Positions 48,490 to 58,423 of a stretch of 64,000 bases of DNA are shown here, piece after piece; within the stretch, counting starts at the first letter, position 1, and every line of letters begins with the position of its first letter. Source of the stretch: Spirochaetia bacterium (GTDB taxonomy: Bacteria > Spirochaetota > Spirochaetia > DSM-2461); the NCBI GenBank assembly GCA_963668315.1, contig OY764216.1, positions 576,001 to 640,000 on the forward strand, in the 5' to 3' direction. The notes under the pieces were generated by a model. It saw only the letters and a program-made list of their open reading frames with translations, ran no database searches and was not told where the DNA came from. The position numbers were made by a program, and so were the translations under genes.

Positions 48490-49866
48490 ATGAAAAAGAG
48501 AATGGTGACGATTGTCCTGTTATCCCTTGTCATGGTTCTGTCCGTTTACGCGAACGGAGCCGAAGATTCTTCAGCAGCCGACGGAAAGGCTGTTCTGAAA
48601 ATGTGGTCAAAAGGTTCCGGTACCGACCCGGCCATGGAAGCTGTTGTTGAGGCTTTCCGGGCGGCAAACCCCGATACGGAACTGACTTACGAATCCTACG
48701 GAGAGAATTACGCCAACGTCGTAAACCTCGCCCTGGCTTCGGGAGACGCTCCCGACATCTTCGAGAACGGTGGAAATTTCCCCGTCCAGACTCTGGCTGC
48801 CCAGGGACTGATCGCTCCCATCGATGACGTTTTCACCGAAGAGCTCAAATCTCAGATGTTCCAGCCCCTTTTCACCCAGAAGGACAATGTCTACAACGGC
48901 CAGAGATATACCATCCCCACCAGAATCTCCGCATTCCGCTTACTCTATAACAAAGATCTTTTTAAAGCTGCCGGACTCAATCCCGATCAGCCCCCCAAGA
49001 CCCTTGCGGAAGTAAGAGAATACGCAGCCAAGATTACCGCCGCCGGTAAGGGCGATTTCTACGGATTCGGTCTCTACCTCGGCTCCAGCAACATCTGGAC
49101 CCGCGTTATCGATCCCATCTGTACCGCCGCCGGAACCAGCGCCGATATGGGTTATGACTTCAATACCGGTAAATTCGATTTCACAGCCAACATGGAAGTT
49201 CTTTCCGAGCTGGCCGAAATCGCCAAAGACGGTTCCCTCTTCCCCGGTTACGAAACTCTCGCCGTCGATCCGATGAGAGCCAACTTCGCCCAGGGCAAAG
49301 TCGGTATGTATTTCGACGGAAACTGGACTTCCGGAACTTTCGCTACTCAGATCAAAACCGATATAGACTGGGCTACCGCAGCCGTACCCGTCTCTACCGG
49401 CGACACCTACGGTCTGGGCGCTTGTTTCCCCGCGGTTGACTTCGCCGTTTCCGCGTCTTCCAAATACCAGGATCAGGCCAAGAGCTTCCTCCGCTTCCTC
49501 CTTTCCAATGCCGCCGTTATGCAGCAGGAAAAACCCGAACCCAAAACCTTCCTTCCCGCCAACGAAGCCTCTTCCCTTCCTATCGAAGCGATGAACCTCA
49601 AGGGAACCGAATACAACTTCAAGCTTGACGACCTGGCTCCCATGCCTCAGATCGTTTACTACTCCCTCTCCCTCGAAGGCGACAAGAGAGACATCGTTTT
49701 CACCGATATCTTCCTCAAGCTCGTCAACGGCGGAAAAGTAGATACGGCCAAGACAATCCAGACTCTTAACGACAGATACAACAGCGCTCTGGATAAAGCA
49801 CTTGCCGACGGTCTTCTCTCCGAAAGCGATATTCATATTGCCGATTTCGATTTCAGCAATAGATAA
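48490..49866 (+). CDS. Carbohydrate ABC transporter substrate-binding protein (CUT1)
   Basis: Signal peptide ending VYA-NG; APDI, LLYNKDLFKAAGL, FAQGKVGM; SD AAGGAG. Confidence 0.94.
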   Translation: MKKRMVTIVLLSLVMVLSVYANGAEDSSAADGKAVLKMWSKGSGTDPAMEAVVEAFRAANPDTELTYESYGENYANVVNLALASGDAPDIFENGGNFPVQTLAAQGLIAPIDDVFTEELKSQMFQPLFTQKDNVYNGQRYTIPTRISAFRLLYNKDLFKAAGLNPDQPPKTLAEVREYAAKITAAGKGDFYGFGLYLGSSNIWTRVIDPICTAAGTSADMGYDFNTGKFDFTANMEVLSELAEIAKDGSLFPGYETLAVDPMRANFAQGKVGMYFDGNWTSGTFATQIKTDIDWATAAVPVSTGDTYGLGACFPAVDFAVSASSKYQDQAKSFLRFLLSNAAVMQQEKPEPKTFLPANEASSLPIEAMNLKGTEYNFKLDDLAPMPQIVYYSLSLEGDKRDIVFTDIFLKLVNGGKVDTAKTIQTLNDRYNSALDKALADGLLSESDIHIADFDFSNR

Positions 49867-49879
49867 ATAAAACTGTGTC

Positions 49880-49899
49880 ATCCCCGCTCCGGCGGGGAT
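49880..49899. repeat. Intra-operon stem-loop after the SBP gene
   Basis: ATCCCCGC-TCCG-GCGGGGAT. Confidence 0.6.
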
Positions 49900-49920
49900 T
49901 CGCGCATAACAGAAAGTAAT

Positions 49921-50808
49921 ATGAACATTAAAGATAATAAAACATTACAAGTTTATGCTATGATTCTGCCCACCACGGTACTCATTCTGCTTCTGGGCAT
50001 CTACCCTATCATTGACGTCCTTTTTCATAGCTTTACCAATTATAACGGTTACACAAAGCCCAGCTTCATCGGGCTTTCCAATTACGCAAGAGTTCTCCAG
50101 GACAAATCCTGGTGGCTGAGTGTTCTCAACACTCTGGAAATCGGATTCGTCGTCTCAATCATTCAGATTCCGGTCGCTCTCATACTCGCGGTTCTCCTGA
50201 ACAACTCCATCAAGGGACGGGACTTTTTCCGGGCAATCATTTTTATGCCCAGCATCACCAGTACGGCGATTATGGGAATTGTCTTCTACTTCGTTTTTGC
50301 CTCATATAACGGCGTCATGAACGGCTACCTTCAGATGCTGCATATCATACAGGATCCCATTTCCTGGTTCGGATCGGGCTTCTCCGCCAAAGCGGTCATC
50401 ATCTTCTTCCTCTGCTGGCACGACATCGGATTTTTCATGGTGCTCTTTCTGGGGGCTCTCCAGAAAATCCCCAAGGAAGTCTACGAAAGCTGCAAAATGG
50501 ACGGAGCCAATTACGCTCAGACACTCTTCAAAATAACCATCCCTCTCCTGGGAAAGCTTTTCCAGATGGTGTCCGCCCTCTCCATTGTTAACGCCCTGAA
50601 GCTTTTCGATTCCATCAAGGCCCTGACCAACGGCGGCCCCGGTTCCAAGACCGAAGTTATGACCATGTACATCTACCGTTACTTCTTCGAGAACAACGGA
50701 ATGCCCCAGCAGGGTTACGCCAGCGCCGTCAGTATCGTGGCCACCATAATCGTAACCGTGATTACCCTCGGTTACATGTACAGTACAAGGAAATTGAGTT
50801 ATGAATAG
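49921..50808 (+). CDS. Carbohydrate ABC transporter permease (CUT1)
   Basis: IGLSNY, IPKEVYESCKMDGA (EAA-like), LTNGGP. Confidence 0.95.
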   Translation: MNIKDNKTLQVYAMILPTTVLILLLGIYPIIDVLFHSFTNYNGYTKPSFIGLSNYARVLQDKSWWLSVLNTLEIGFVVSIIQIPVALILAVLLNNSIKGRDFFRAIIFMPSITSTAIMGIVFYFVFASYNGVMNGYLQMLHIIQDPISWFGSGFSAKAVIIFFLCWHDIGFFMVLFLGALQKIPKEVYESCKMDGANYAQTLFKITIPLLGKLFQMVSALSIVNALKLFDSIKALTNGGPGSKTEVMTMYIYRYFFENNGMPQQGYASAVSIVATIIVTVITLGYMYSTRKLSYE

Positions 50809-51670
50809 GAAAAAACCTTACCGGGCGGAAAAGTCCAGCGAAATAGGGACCATCGTTATCTATGCGTTCCTCATCATCGCCACCATACTGACCCTATATC
50901 CCCTGTTTTACGCCATAGGCGGATCATTCAAATCCCTCGAGGAATTTCTCCAGGGAGGCATGAATCTCTTCCCCAGACAGGGAGGAACAATCGACAACTA
51001 CATCACAGCCTGGAAGCAGGCCAAATTCGGCATTTACACGGTCAACAGTATTCTCTTCACCGTAGGCTCCGTCATCCTTACCGTTGCGACGACAGCCATG
51101 ACGGGATTCGTCCTGTCCCGCGCCGATTTCGTGGGGAAGAAGCTGCTCATCGGTCTTCTCGGATTCATGATCTTCCTTCTGGGAGCCGTTACGATCTACC
51201 CCATATTCCGCATCAGCCGGGCCCTGGGGCTTCTCAACAGCCTCTGGGGAATGATCATCGCCCAGGTCGCCGCCGCACAGCCCCTCTTCGTCATGCTGGT
51301 CATGGGATACTGCGACGGTATCAGCAAAGAGATAGACGAAGCGGCTACGATTGACGGAGCTTCTTTTTTCCAGATTTTCGCCGTTATCATTTTCCCCATC
51401 ATCAAGCCGATCCTGGCAACGGTAGGCCTTCTGGCTTTCCGCGACGCCTGGAACAGCTTTATGCTTCCCCTTGCCTTCACCATTGCCAAACCCGAACTGC
51501 GCCCCCTCACCGTGGGAGTCGTCATGCTTAAGGATCAGGGAGACGGAGTTACCGCATGGAACCTCATGCTGGCGGGAACCATAATGGCCCTTGTCCCCAT
51601 TCTTGTTGTATACCTCTTCATGAACAAATACTTCATCGAAGGCTTAACGGACGGCGCGGTAAAGGGATGA
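50801..51670 (+). CDS. Carbohydrate ABC transporter permease (CUT1)
   Basis: EAATIDGA, WNSF, C-terminal GAVKG. Confidence 0.95.
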   Translation: MNRKKPYRAEKSSEIGTIVIYAFLIIATILTLYPLFYAIGGSFKSLEEFLQGGMNLFPRQGGTIDNYITAWKQAKFGIYTVNSILFTVGSVILTVATTAMTGFVLSRADFVGKKLLIGLLGFMIFLLGAVTIYPIFRISRALGLLNSLWGMIIAQVAAAQPLFVMLVMGYCDGISKEIDEAATIDGASFFQIFAVIIFPIIKPILATVGLLAFRDAWNSFMLPLAFTIAKPELRPLTVGVVMLKDQGDGVTAWNLMLAGTIMALVPILVVYLFMNKYFIEGLTDGAVKG

Positions 51671-51915
51671 TACATAAAATCAGGGAATTCGTGGAAAAGG
51701 AAATCCGGCCCTGTGTCCAGGGTGACGGCGGTGATCTGGAGATCATCGGACTGGAGGGCAATACCCTCTCCGTCGCCGCCCTGAACGAGTGCTCCCGCTG
51801 TCCGCTGACACGCAGCTGTTACCGGACATGGCTGGAGGACCGGATCAACGGGAAGTTCCAGTCTTCCCTCACCGTCGATATAAAAATAAGAAAGCCCTAT
51901 TTCTGGGATAAATAA
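51667..51915 (+). CDS. Nfu/NifU C-terminal-like small Fe-S carrier-family protein (82 aa)
   Basis: ATG 51667 overlaps the permease stop (ATGA). IRPCVQGDGGDLEI...CSRCP matches the Nfu pattern IRP.L..DGGD...C..CP. Confidence 0.8.
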   Translation: MIHKIREFVEKEIRPCVQGDGGDLEIIGLEGNTLSVAALNECSRCPLTRSCYRTWLEDRINGKFQSSLTVDIKIRKPYFWDK

Positions 51916-51930
51916 GGATAACAGCAAAAA

Positions 51931-54900
51931 ATGGCCCACGTTAAAGTCGTCAGACGCTCCATGGATAAGAGCGAGTGGATAGAAATTCGTACGAAATGGC
52001 TCAGGGACAGAATAGTCGAAGAGGCCCTTCCCGTCACCGGATGGAAAATAAGAGAAGCCCGGCAGGTCGAAGAAATGACCTATGAGTTCACCGGAGAGGA
52101 GCGCCCTATCCTTAAGGGGGAAGAGTACTTCTTCCCCGACGGAACGGTATTTCTTTCAGCCGATGCAGCCATCCCGGAAACATGGGCCGGAAAACCGGTC
52201 TGGTTCAGTTTCGAAACGGCGGCCGAAATGATGGTGAAGGTCAACGGCAAGTGGACCGGAGGCGTCGATCCCAACAGACAGCGTGTGGCCCTCCGCAAGG
52301 CGGGTGAAGATATCACATCCCTGAAGATCGAAATGGAAGGGTACAATCGGTCCAAGCCCGATGACGAGCGGAATCCCGAAACGGCCGCTCTGCGCGGCTG
52401 CCGCCAGATTTTCCCCGGGGGAGAAATCCTCATCCTGGACGAACTTGTCAAAGACGCCTATTACGATGCCAAAATCCTCAATGAAACAATCCACAGCGAG
52501 TATGTCGAAGAGGATGTGAGAAACTCCCTTACCGGAGAGCTTCATAAAGCCCTTCTCTATGTCGATTTCGACAGCACAGACAGAGAACTTCTCAGAGACG
52601 GTCTCCGGGCGTTCCGCAGGCATCTGGAAGAAACCGTCTTCAACGGGAAAAACTCCTACCATATCGGTAAAGTCGCTCTGGTCGCCCACTCCCACCTGGA
52701 CCTGGCCTACTACTGGCGGCGCATCCATACGGTGCAGAAAAACGCCCGGACCTGTCTTATCCAGCTCGATCTGATGGATCAGTACGACGACTTCACCTAC
52801 GCCCACACCCAGGCCTACACCTACGAGACGCTGGAAAAGTATTATCCCGAAATTTTCGAACGGGTCAGAAAACGTGTCGAAGAGGGCCGCTTCGAGCTGG
52901 TGGGCGGCATGTACGTGGAACCGGACTGCAACGTTCCCACCGCCGAATCCCTCGTACGGCAGAGCCTCTACGGCCAGCAGTACTTCCGGGAAAAATTCAA
53001 CCGCACCGTGAATAACTGCTGGCTGCCCGACGTTTTCGGCAATACCTGGATACTCCCCCAGATCCTCAGGAAATCGGGAATGGACTACTTCGTATCCAAC
53101 AAGATGTCCACCTGGAACGACACGAACCTTTTTCCCCATAACAATTTCATCTGGCGGGGAATCGACGGTTCGGACATTCTGGCCTGCGTTCCTCCGACCC
53201 ACTTTATCTCCTGGAACACCCCCGACCAGATCATAGAGAACTGGAGCGCCTTCCAGGAAAAAAATGTCTGCCCCGAAACGCTGAATATGTTCGGCTACGG
53301 AGACGGGGGAAGCGGCGTCACCGAGGAGATGCTCGAGTTCAAGGAAAGACTGAACAAAATTCCCTCCCTGCCCGAAGTCCGCCATGTGCGGGGAGACGTC
53401 TTTCTCGGCGAATCAATAAACCGCGACCAGGCCCTGGAAGAGTGGGACGGGGAACTCTACCTCGAAATGCACCGGGGAACCTTTACGACCAAGGGCTATC
53501 TGAAGATGATGAACCGCCGTTTCGAAATCCTTTTACGAGAAGCGGAATATCTTCTGACCCTGGTCTACGCAAAAACGGGAGAGTACCCCCGGGAAGAGCT
53601 CGACTCTCTCTGGAAGCTCCTCCTTATCAATCAGTTTCACGATATCCTCCCCGGGACCCACATTGCTCCCGTGGAAAGGGATACCAGAAAAGATTATGAT
53701 ATCATAGGGAAAAAACTGAACTCTCTGATAGATGAAGCGCTGGATACCCTCGCCACGGGCGGAGCATCCCTCAGCGATGCATCGGACGGAGATTCCCTCC
53801 TCCTTGTCAACACCCTGGGCTGGACCCGCAGCGAGCCCTGTTTTATCGAAGGGCTTACGGAAAAACCGGCCGGAGTAACCTGCCAGGAGGGAAACCTTAA
53901 GGGCGAAAAGGGGTTATGGATACTTCCCGGGGACCTCTCCCCCTTCGCGTCCCTGACACTCCCCCTCGAAAAGAATACCCTTCCCCGGGAGGGCGAAACG
54001 GACTGGTTCACCTACGGAAGCGGCGTCCTCGAGACCCCCTACTACCGGGCAAAACTGGAAGACGGGGGAACCATTTCGGAACTCTACTCCAAGGAGTACG
54101 GGAAGAATGTCCAGAGCAGGGGCGGATTCCTGGGAGACGTAAAGGTTTACCACGATTATCCCGGGATGTACGATGCCTGGGATATCCTGGATAACTACAA
54201 AGATAAGGAAGAGGAGCTTCTGATCGAGTCGCCCCTGACACTGTCCGAATCGGGAAGTCTCTATTTCACCCTGGAAAGCCGACTCGTGATCGGAAATTCC
54301 CGGATAACCCGGACGATCCGTTTTTACCGACACAGTCCGATAATCGATATGGATTTCCATGCGGACTGGCAGGAAAGAAACCGTCTGGTCAAGCTGGAGT
54401 TCGACATGAATGTTCTGGCCCGCCAGGCCGGATGCGACACCAGCGCGGGAACGATCTTCCGCGATACCCACCGGAATACCTCATGGCAGAAAGCCCGCTT
54501 CGAAGTGTGCATGCACAAATATGTGGATCTCAGCGAGACGGGATTCGGCGTGGCCCTGCTGAACGACTCAAAATACGGCGTCTCCCTGCATAAGAATCAG
54601 GTGGGAGTCTCCCTCCTCCGCGGTTCCATCCGCCCGGACAACAATTCCGACAAGGGCTCCCACCGCTTCTCCGTTTCCCTCTACCCCCACGGCGAAAGCC
54701 TCGAGGAAAGCGACGTGATTGAAAAAGCCTGGAACAAGAATGTGCCCCTCCTGTCACGGCGCGGTAATAACGATTCCATGGGCGAAACGGGTTTCGTCGA
54801 AACGGATCATCTCCATCTGCAGAGCCTCAAGAAAGCTCAGAACGATGAGGCGATCATCTGCCGCTTCGTCGAACTCCACGGGAAAAGGGGGACGGCCGAC

Positions 54901-55059
54901 CTTAATTTCCGTCTTCCCGTAAAGGATCTGACACTGACAAATCTCCTGGAAGACGGGATAGACGATGAAGCGGGCATACTGATTCCCGTTGACGGCACGC
55001 ATGGGAAAATCAGTTATGCTCCCTATGAGATCATAACCCTTAAGTGCCGGCTGGCCTGA
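51931..55059 (+). CDS. Alpha-mannosidase, glycoside hydrolase family 38
   Basis: HSHLD zinc motif, WLPDVFG nucleophile, GYGDGG, ELYLEMHRG, QFHDILPG, LLNDSKYG. Confidence 0.95.
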   Translation: MAHVKVVRRSMDKSEWIEIRTKWLRDRIVEEALPVTGWKIREARQVEEMTYEFTGEERPILKGEEYFFPDGTVFLSADAAIPETWAGKPVWFSFETAAEMMVKVNGKWTGGVDPNRQRVALRKAGEDITSLKIEMEGYNRSKPDDERNPETAALRGCRQIFPGGEILILDELVKDAYYDAKILNETIHSEYVEEDVRNSLTGELHKALLYVDFDSTDRELLRDGLRAFRRHLEETVFNGKNSYHIGKVALVAHSHLDLAYYWRRIHTVQKNARTCLIQLDLMDQYDDFTYAHTQAYTYETLEKYYPEIFERVRKRVEEGRFELVGGMYVEPDCNVPTAESLVRQSLYGQQYFREKFNRTVNNCWLPDVFGNTWILPQILRKSGMDYFVSNKMSTWNDTNLFPHNNFIWRGIDGSDILACVPPTHFISWNTPDQIIENWSAFQEKNVCPETLNMFGYGDGGSGVTEEMLEFKERLNKIPSLPEVRHVRGDVFLGESINRDQALEEWDGELYLEMHRGTFTTKGYLKMMNRRFEILLREAEYLLTLVYAKTGEYPREELDSLWKLLLINQFHDILPGTHIAPVERDTRKDYDIIGKKLNSLIDEALDTLATGGASLSDASDGDSLLLVNTLGWTRSEPCFIEGLTEKPAGVTCQEGNLKGEKGLWILPGDLSPFASLTLPLEKNTLPREGETDWFTYGSGVLETPYYRAKLEDGGTISELYSKEYGKNVQSRGGFLGDVKVYHDYPGMYDAWDILDNYKDKEEELLIESPLTLSESGSLYFTLESRLVIGNSRITRTIRFYRHSPIIDMDFHADWQERNRLVKLEFDMNVLARQAGCDTSAGTIFRDTHRNTSWQKARFEVCMHKYVDLSETGFGVALLNDSKYGVSLHKNQVGVSLLRGSIRPDNNSDKGSHRFSVSLYPHGESLEESDVIEKAWNKNVPLLSRRGNNDSMGETGFVETDHLHLQSLKKAQNDEAIICRFVELHGKRGTADLNFRLPVKDLTLTNLLEDGIDDEAGILIPVDGTHGKISYAPYEIITLKCRLA

Positions 55060-55100
55060 TGGGACCTATCTGTCCCCGGGTTATCTAAATTGCTAATCAT

Positions 55101-55169
55101 CCCGGAATGAAATCAGTCGATTCATCTGCGCTATTACACCTTTGCAGACTGATGGAATTCCGGGGTTTT
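55101..55169 (+). other. Long imperfect hairpin with short U-tract downstream of GH38 (terminator or structured RNA)
   Basis: CCCGGAATgaaATCAGTC (55101-55118) pairs with GACTGATggaATTCCGGG (55147-55164), followed by GTTTT. Confidence 0.45.
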
Positions 55170-55203
55170 CTACAAAATAGTTCCTTCATAACAAAAATTG
55201 ATA

Positions 55204-55230
55204 AAAAGATTAAAGAATTATTAATCTTTT
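55204..55230. promoter_or_regulatory. Palindromic operator candidate upstream of the SNF2 gene
   Basis: AAAAGATTAA-N7-TTAATCTTTT, perfect 10-bp arms. Confidence 0.45.
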
Positions 55231-55327
55231 CAGGGTAACTATTTCATTCTAAGATGGTATTATACATATATAGAATAGGAACATTCATCGCCAAAAACAG
55301 GAACGTTCCAGGGATATTGCATACGTT

Positions 55328-58054
55328 ATGAAAGAAAAAAAGCTGGCCTTGAAACTACGAAAGAGCTATGGCCATTATAATTTTGAGCCGTCACTTCACG
55401 ACGGCAGATCCTTCTTCTTCTTCAGAGAAGGGGACACCCAGCTAAGTGAAAATCAAAGACAGATACTGGATCGGGTAAGCAGCCACAAGGGCGATATCCT
55501 TCTTCCCGAAATCCTTGATTTACTGGGCGAGCCGGATTTCCCGGAAATCTTCTACACCCCCGATTTTTCCCGCCCCCGGCAGGTAAAGCTCGTTCCCATA
55601 AAATCATGGACGCTGGGATTCCAGTTCTCCTCCTTCGACAAAAACTCACCCCTGTTCAACCCGGTCATTTTCCCCGATGGGCTGAGGGACGAAGAAGCCT
55701 CCATACCGCTCACTTCCGATTTCTTCCAGAATTACCACTACCTTTACACCATGAACGATAATACCGTCCATCTTCTGGAACGGGACCACACGCTCACAGA
55801 GATTATCAAAAGCTTCCGCAACAGCGAGCTCTTCTCCATGAAGGATGCCCAGGATACCCTGGAAAGCTTTCAGGAACAGGGCATTCCCACGGATGATTTC
55901 TTCCCCGATTTCGAATTCCGGGAACTGAACAGTTTCCCCATCCTCGAAATGACCCAGGGGAGGAGAAACGAACTGCACCTCATCCTCTATTTCGATTACG
56001 AGGGCCTTCAGCTCCCCTTCAATAACTCGGAAGAATCCATCATTCTGGAGAAAACCTCTGACAAGGTGACCTTCAGCCGGAGGGATACGATTTTCGAGCA
56101 GGCCATCTGCAGCCGCTGTCTGGTCACCTTCGGCCAGGACATTCACACGAAGATATACGGTGCCGTGCGGTATTACAACTTCGCCCTTTCCATGGAGCTT
56201 GAGGAGTTTCTGGCCAAGCACGGACAGGATCTGCTGGATTACGGTATCCAGCTCAAACGCAAAAGAGATAAAAAGAGCATCCTCGGACGGGGCGATATCA
56301 GCTTCCGCATCAAGGAGAATCAGGACTGGCTCGATATTGAAGCGGTCATCACGTCGGAAAGCGGGGAAGATATCATAGAACTGGATGCCTCCCTGCTGGA
56401 CCAGAACTATGCATCGGGCCGAAAAGGGCTATACATCATAGAAGAAGCGGAGATCGAAAATCTGCGCACCCTCTTCGGTCTGGGCCTGGGTAAGGACGGC
56501 ATACTGCGGACCTGCCGGAACAACATGGGAGTAATCAACCTGATCTATAACTCCCTGGAGAACCGGGAGCACGAAACGGTCCACCGCCTGAGAGACCTGG
56601 AAACTCAGATTGAAACCTTCGATATCCAGGAAGCCGTGCCGGTCAGCAGCAACTTTCAGGGCAAACTGCGCGATTACCAGCAGGCCGGAGTCAACTGGCT
56701 GCACTTTCTGCACCGCACCGGTCTCAACGGATGTCTCGCCGATGACATGGGACTGGGTAAAACCGTCCAGACCCTGGCTTTTCTTCAGACCCTCTACGAC
56801 CAGGGAGAGCTGAAACGGGTCCTTATCGTTGCACCGGTGAGCACCCTCCCCAACTGGGAAAGCGAAATCGGCCGGTTCGCCCCTCAGCTCAGCTGCCTTC
56901 ACCACTCCGGTACGGCGAGAACCGATTCCCTGGAAGACTTGATGTCCCCGGTCATCACCCTTGTCAGCTACCAGACACTCCGGAATGATATCGTCAAATT
57001 CAAAGAGATCGACTATACCTATGTCATCCTTGATGAGGCCCAGTACATAAAAAACGCCACGACCCAGGCTTTCAAATCGGTAAAAATCCTCAGCTCCGCC
57101 CATCGACTCTCGCTCACGGGAACCCCCGTGGAAAACCGGACACTGGATCTCTGGTCCCAGATGGATTTCCTCAACCCCGGCCTCCTGGGCCCGGCGGATC
57201 ACTTCAATAAACGTTTCATGCAGCCCATAGAGGAGAAGAAGGATGAGGAAAAACGGGAACTTCTGAGAAAGATCGTCTATCCCTTCATTCTAAGACGTAA
57301 GAAAGAGGATGTCCTGGACGATCTGCCGCCCCGGGAAGAGATCATCCGCTATACCGAAATGGCCTCCGACCAGGCCGCCCTTTACGAGGAGCTTCTGGAA
57401 AAATACAGGGGGGAAATCCTCCAGCTCGCCGAAGAAAAGGGTGTTTCCGGTGCCCGCTTCGATATTCTCCAGGCCCTTATGCGCCTCCGTCAGGCCGTGC
57501 TTTTTCCCGATATGCTCGGTGATGAATACAGGGATATCAGTTCAAGCAAGTTTGACGTCCTCAAGCTCCATCTGCGAGATATTACCTGCGGCGACCACAA
57601 GATCCTGATATTCTCCCAGTTCGTCAAAAGTTTGACCCATATCCGGGAATGGCTCGAGGAAGAAGAGATCGAGTACTCCTATCTGGATGGAGGCACAAAA
57701 GACCGAAAATCGGAAATCGAAGCTTTTCAGGACGATCCCAACCGCAAAGTGTTCCTCATCAGCCTCAAAGCGGGCGGCACGGGCATCAACCTGACCGCCG
57801 CCGACTACGTGATTATCTTCGACCCCTGGTGGAACCCCGCCGCCGAAGCTCAGGCCATCGACCGGACCCACCGTATAGGACAGACCCGGCCGGTCACGGC
57901 ATTCCGCTTCATTATGAAAGGAACCATCGAAGAGAAGATCCTGGAAATGCAGAAACGCAAGAGAAAACTGATGGATGACCTCATCACCGCGGAGGATTCC
58001 ATTTTCAAGGAAATGTCCAGGGAGGATCTGGAAGAGCTGTTCAAGCTGGGCTAA
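55328..58054 (+). CDS. SNF2-family (SF2) helicase-like ATPase
   Basis: LRDYQ, LADDMGLGKT, LDEAQ, LTGTPVEN, LIFSQF, GINLT, WWNPA, DRTHRIGQ. Confidence 0.96.
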   Translation: MKEKKLALKLRKSYGHYNFEPSLHDGRSFFFFREGDTQLSENQRQILDRVSSHKGDILLPEILDLLGEPDFPEIFYTPDFSRPRQVKLVPIKSWTLGFQFSSFDKNSPLFNPVIFPDGLRDEEASIPLTSDFFQNYHYLYTMNDNTVHLLERDHTLTEIIKSFRNSELFSMKDAQDTLESFQEQGIPTDDFFPDFEFRELNSFPILEMTQGRRNELHLILYFDYEGLQLPFNNSEESIILEKTSDKVTFSRRDTIFEQAICSRCLVTFGQDIHTKIYGAVRYYNFALSMELEEFLAKHGQDLLDYGIQLKRKRDKKSILGRGDISFRIKENQDWLDIEAVITSESGEDIIELDASLLDQNYASGRKGLYIIEEAEIENLRTLFGLGLGKDGILRTCRNNMGVINLIYNSLENREHETVHRLRDLETQIETFDIQEAVPVSSNFQGKLRDYQQAGVNWLHFLHRTGLNGCLADDMGLGKTVQTLAFLQTLYDQGELKRVLIVAPVSTLPNWESEIGRFAPQLSCLHHSGTARTDSLEDLMSPVITLVSYQTLRNDIVKFKEIDYTYVILDEAQYIKNATTQAFKSVKILSSAHRLSLTGTPVENRTLDLWSQMDFLNPGLLGPADHFNKRFMQPIEEKKDEEKRELLRKIVYPFILRRKKEDVLDDLPPREEIIRYTEMASDQAALYEELLEKYRGEILQLAEEKGVSGARFDILQALMRLRQAVLFPDMLGDEYRDISSSKFDVLKLHLRDITCGDHKILIFSQFVKSLTHIREWLEEEEIEYSYLDGGTKDRKSEIEAFQDDPNRKVFLISLKAGGTGINLTAADYVIIFDPWWNPAAEAQAIDRTHRIGQTRPVTAFRFIMKGTIEEKILEMQKRKRKLMDDLITAEDSIFKEMSREDLEELFKLG

Positions 58055-58423
58055 TCCCCGGCGGCTCTGGACAGTATCCCCGCCATTTCCTGTATTCCAT
58101 CAAAAGGCCCTCAATGGGAGAATTATTTATCGATATTTTTTTCTCGCATTTTGTGCTGATGCGTACGCCTGGACTGCATTAACTTTCCTCTTAATTTCTC
58201 CATATTCCCTTATACCATAGAGATATATACCTCATAAACCCTTTCTGTTTTTCCCGTTTCCCGGTGAACATAAGTTTCATTCGATTATACCCATCGATAA
58301 TTCATATTGTACAAGATCGATTTAATAAGATATATTTTTATCGAGCTTCAAAAAGATATTTTTTTATCGACCTGGTCTGTTGTTTACAATTGACCCTACA
58401 TCTTATTTTTAAAAGGAACGAAA

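Noticed and set aside
51556..51666. Longer 119-aa version of the Nfu-like ORF
   Set aside because: The upstream part overlaps the permease out of frame; ATG 51667 is translationally coupled.
55061..55169. Possible c-di-GMP or other known riboswitch
   Set aside because: I could not match the conserved core motifs on either strand, so it is kept only as a generic structure.
58126..58203. 25-codon basic ORF on the minus strand (MEKLRGKLMQ...)
   Set aside because: Weak SD, no terminator or motif; consistent with chance.
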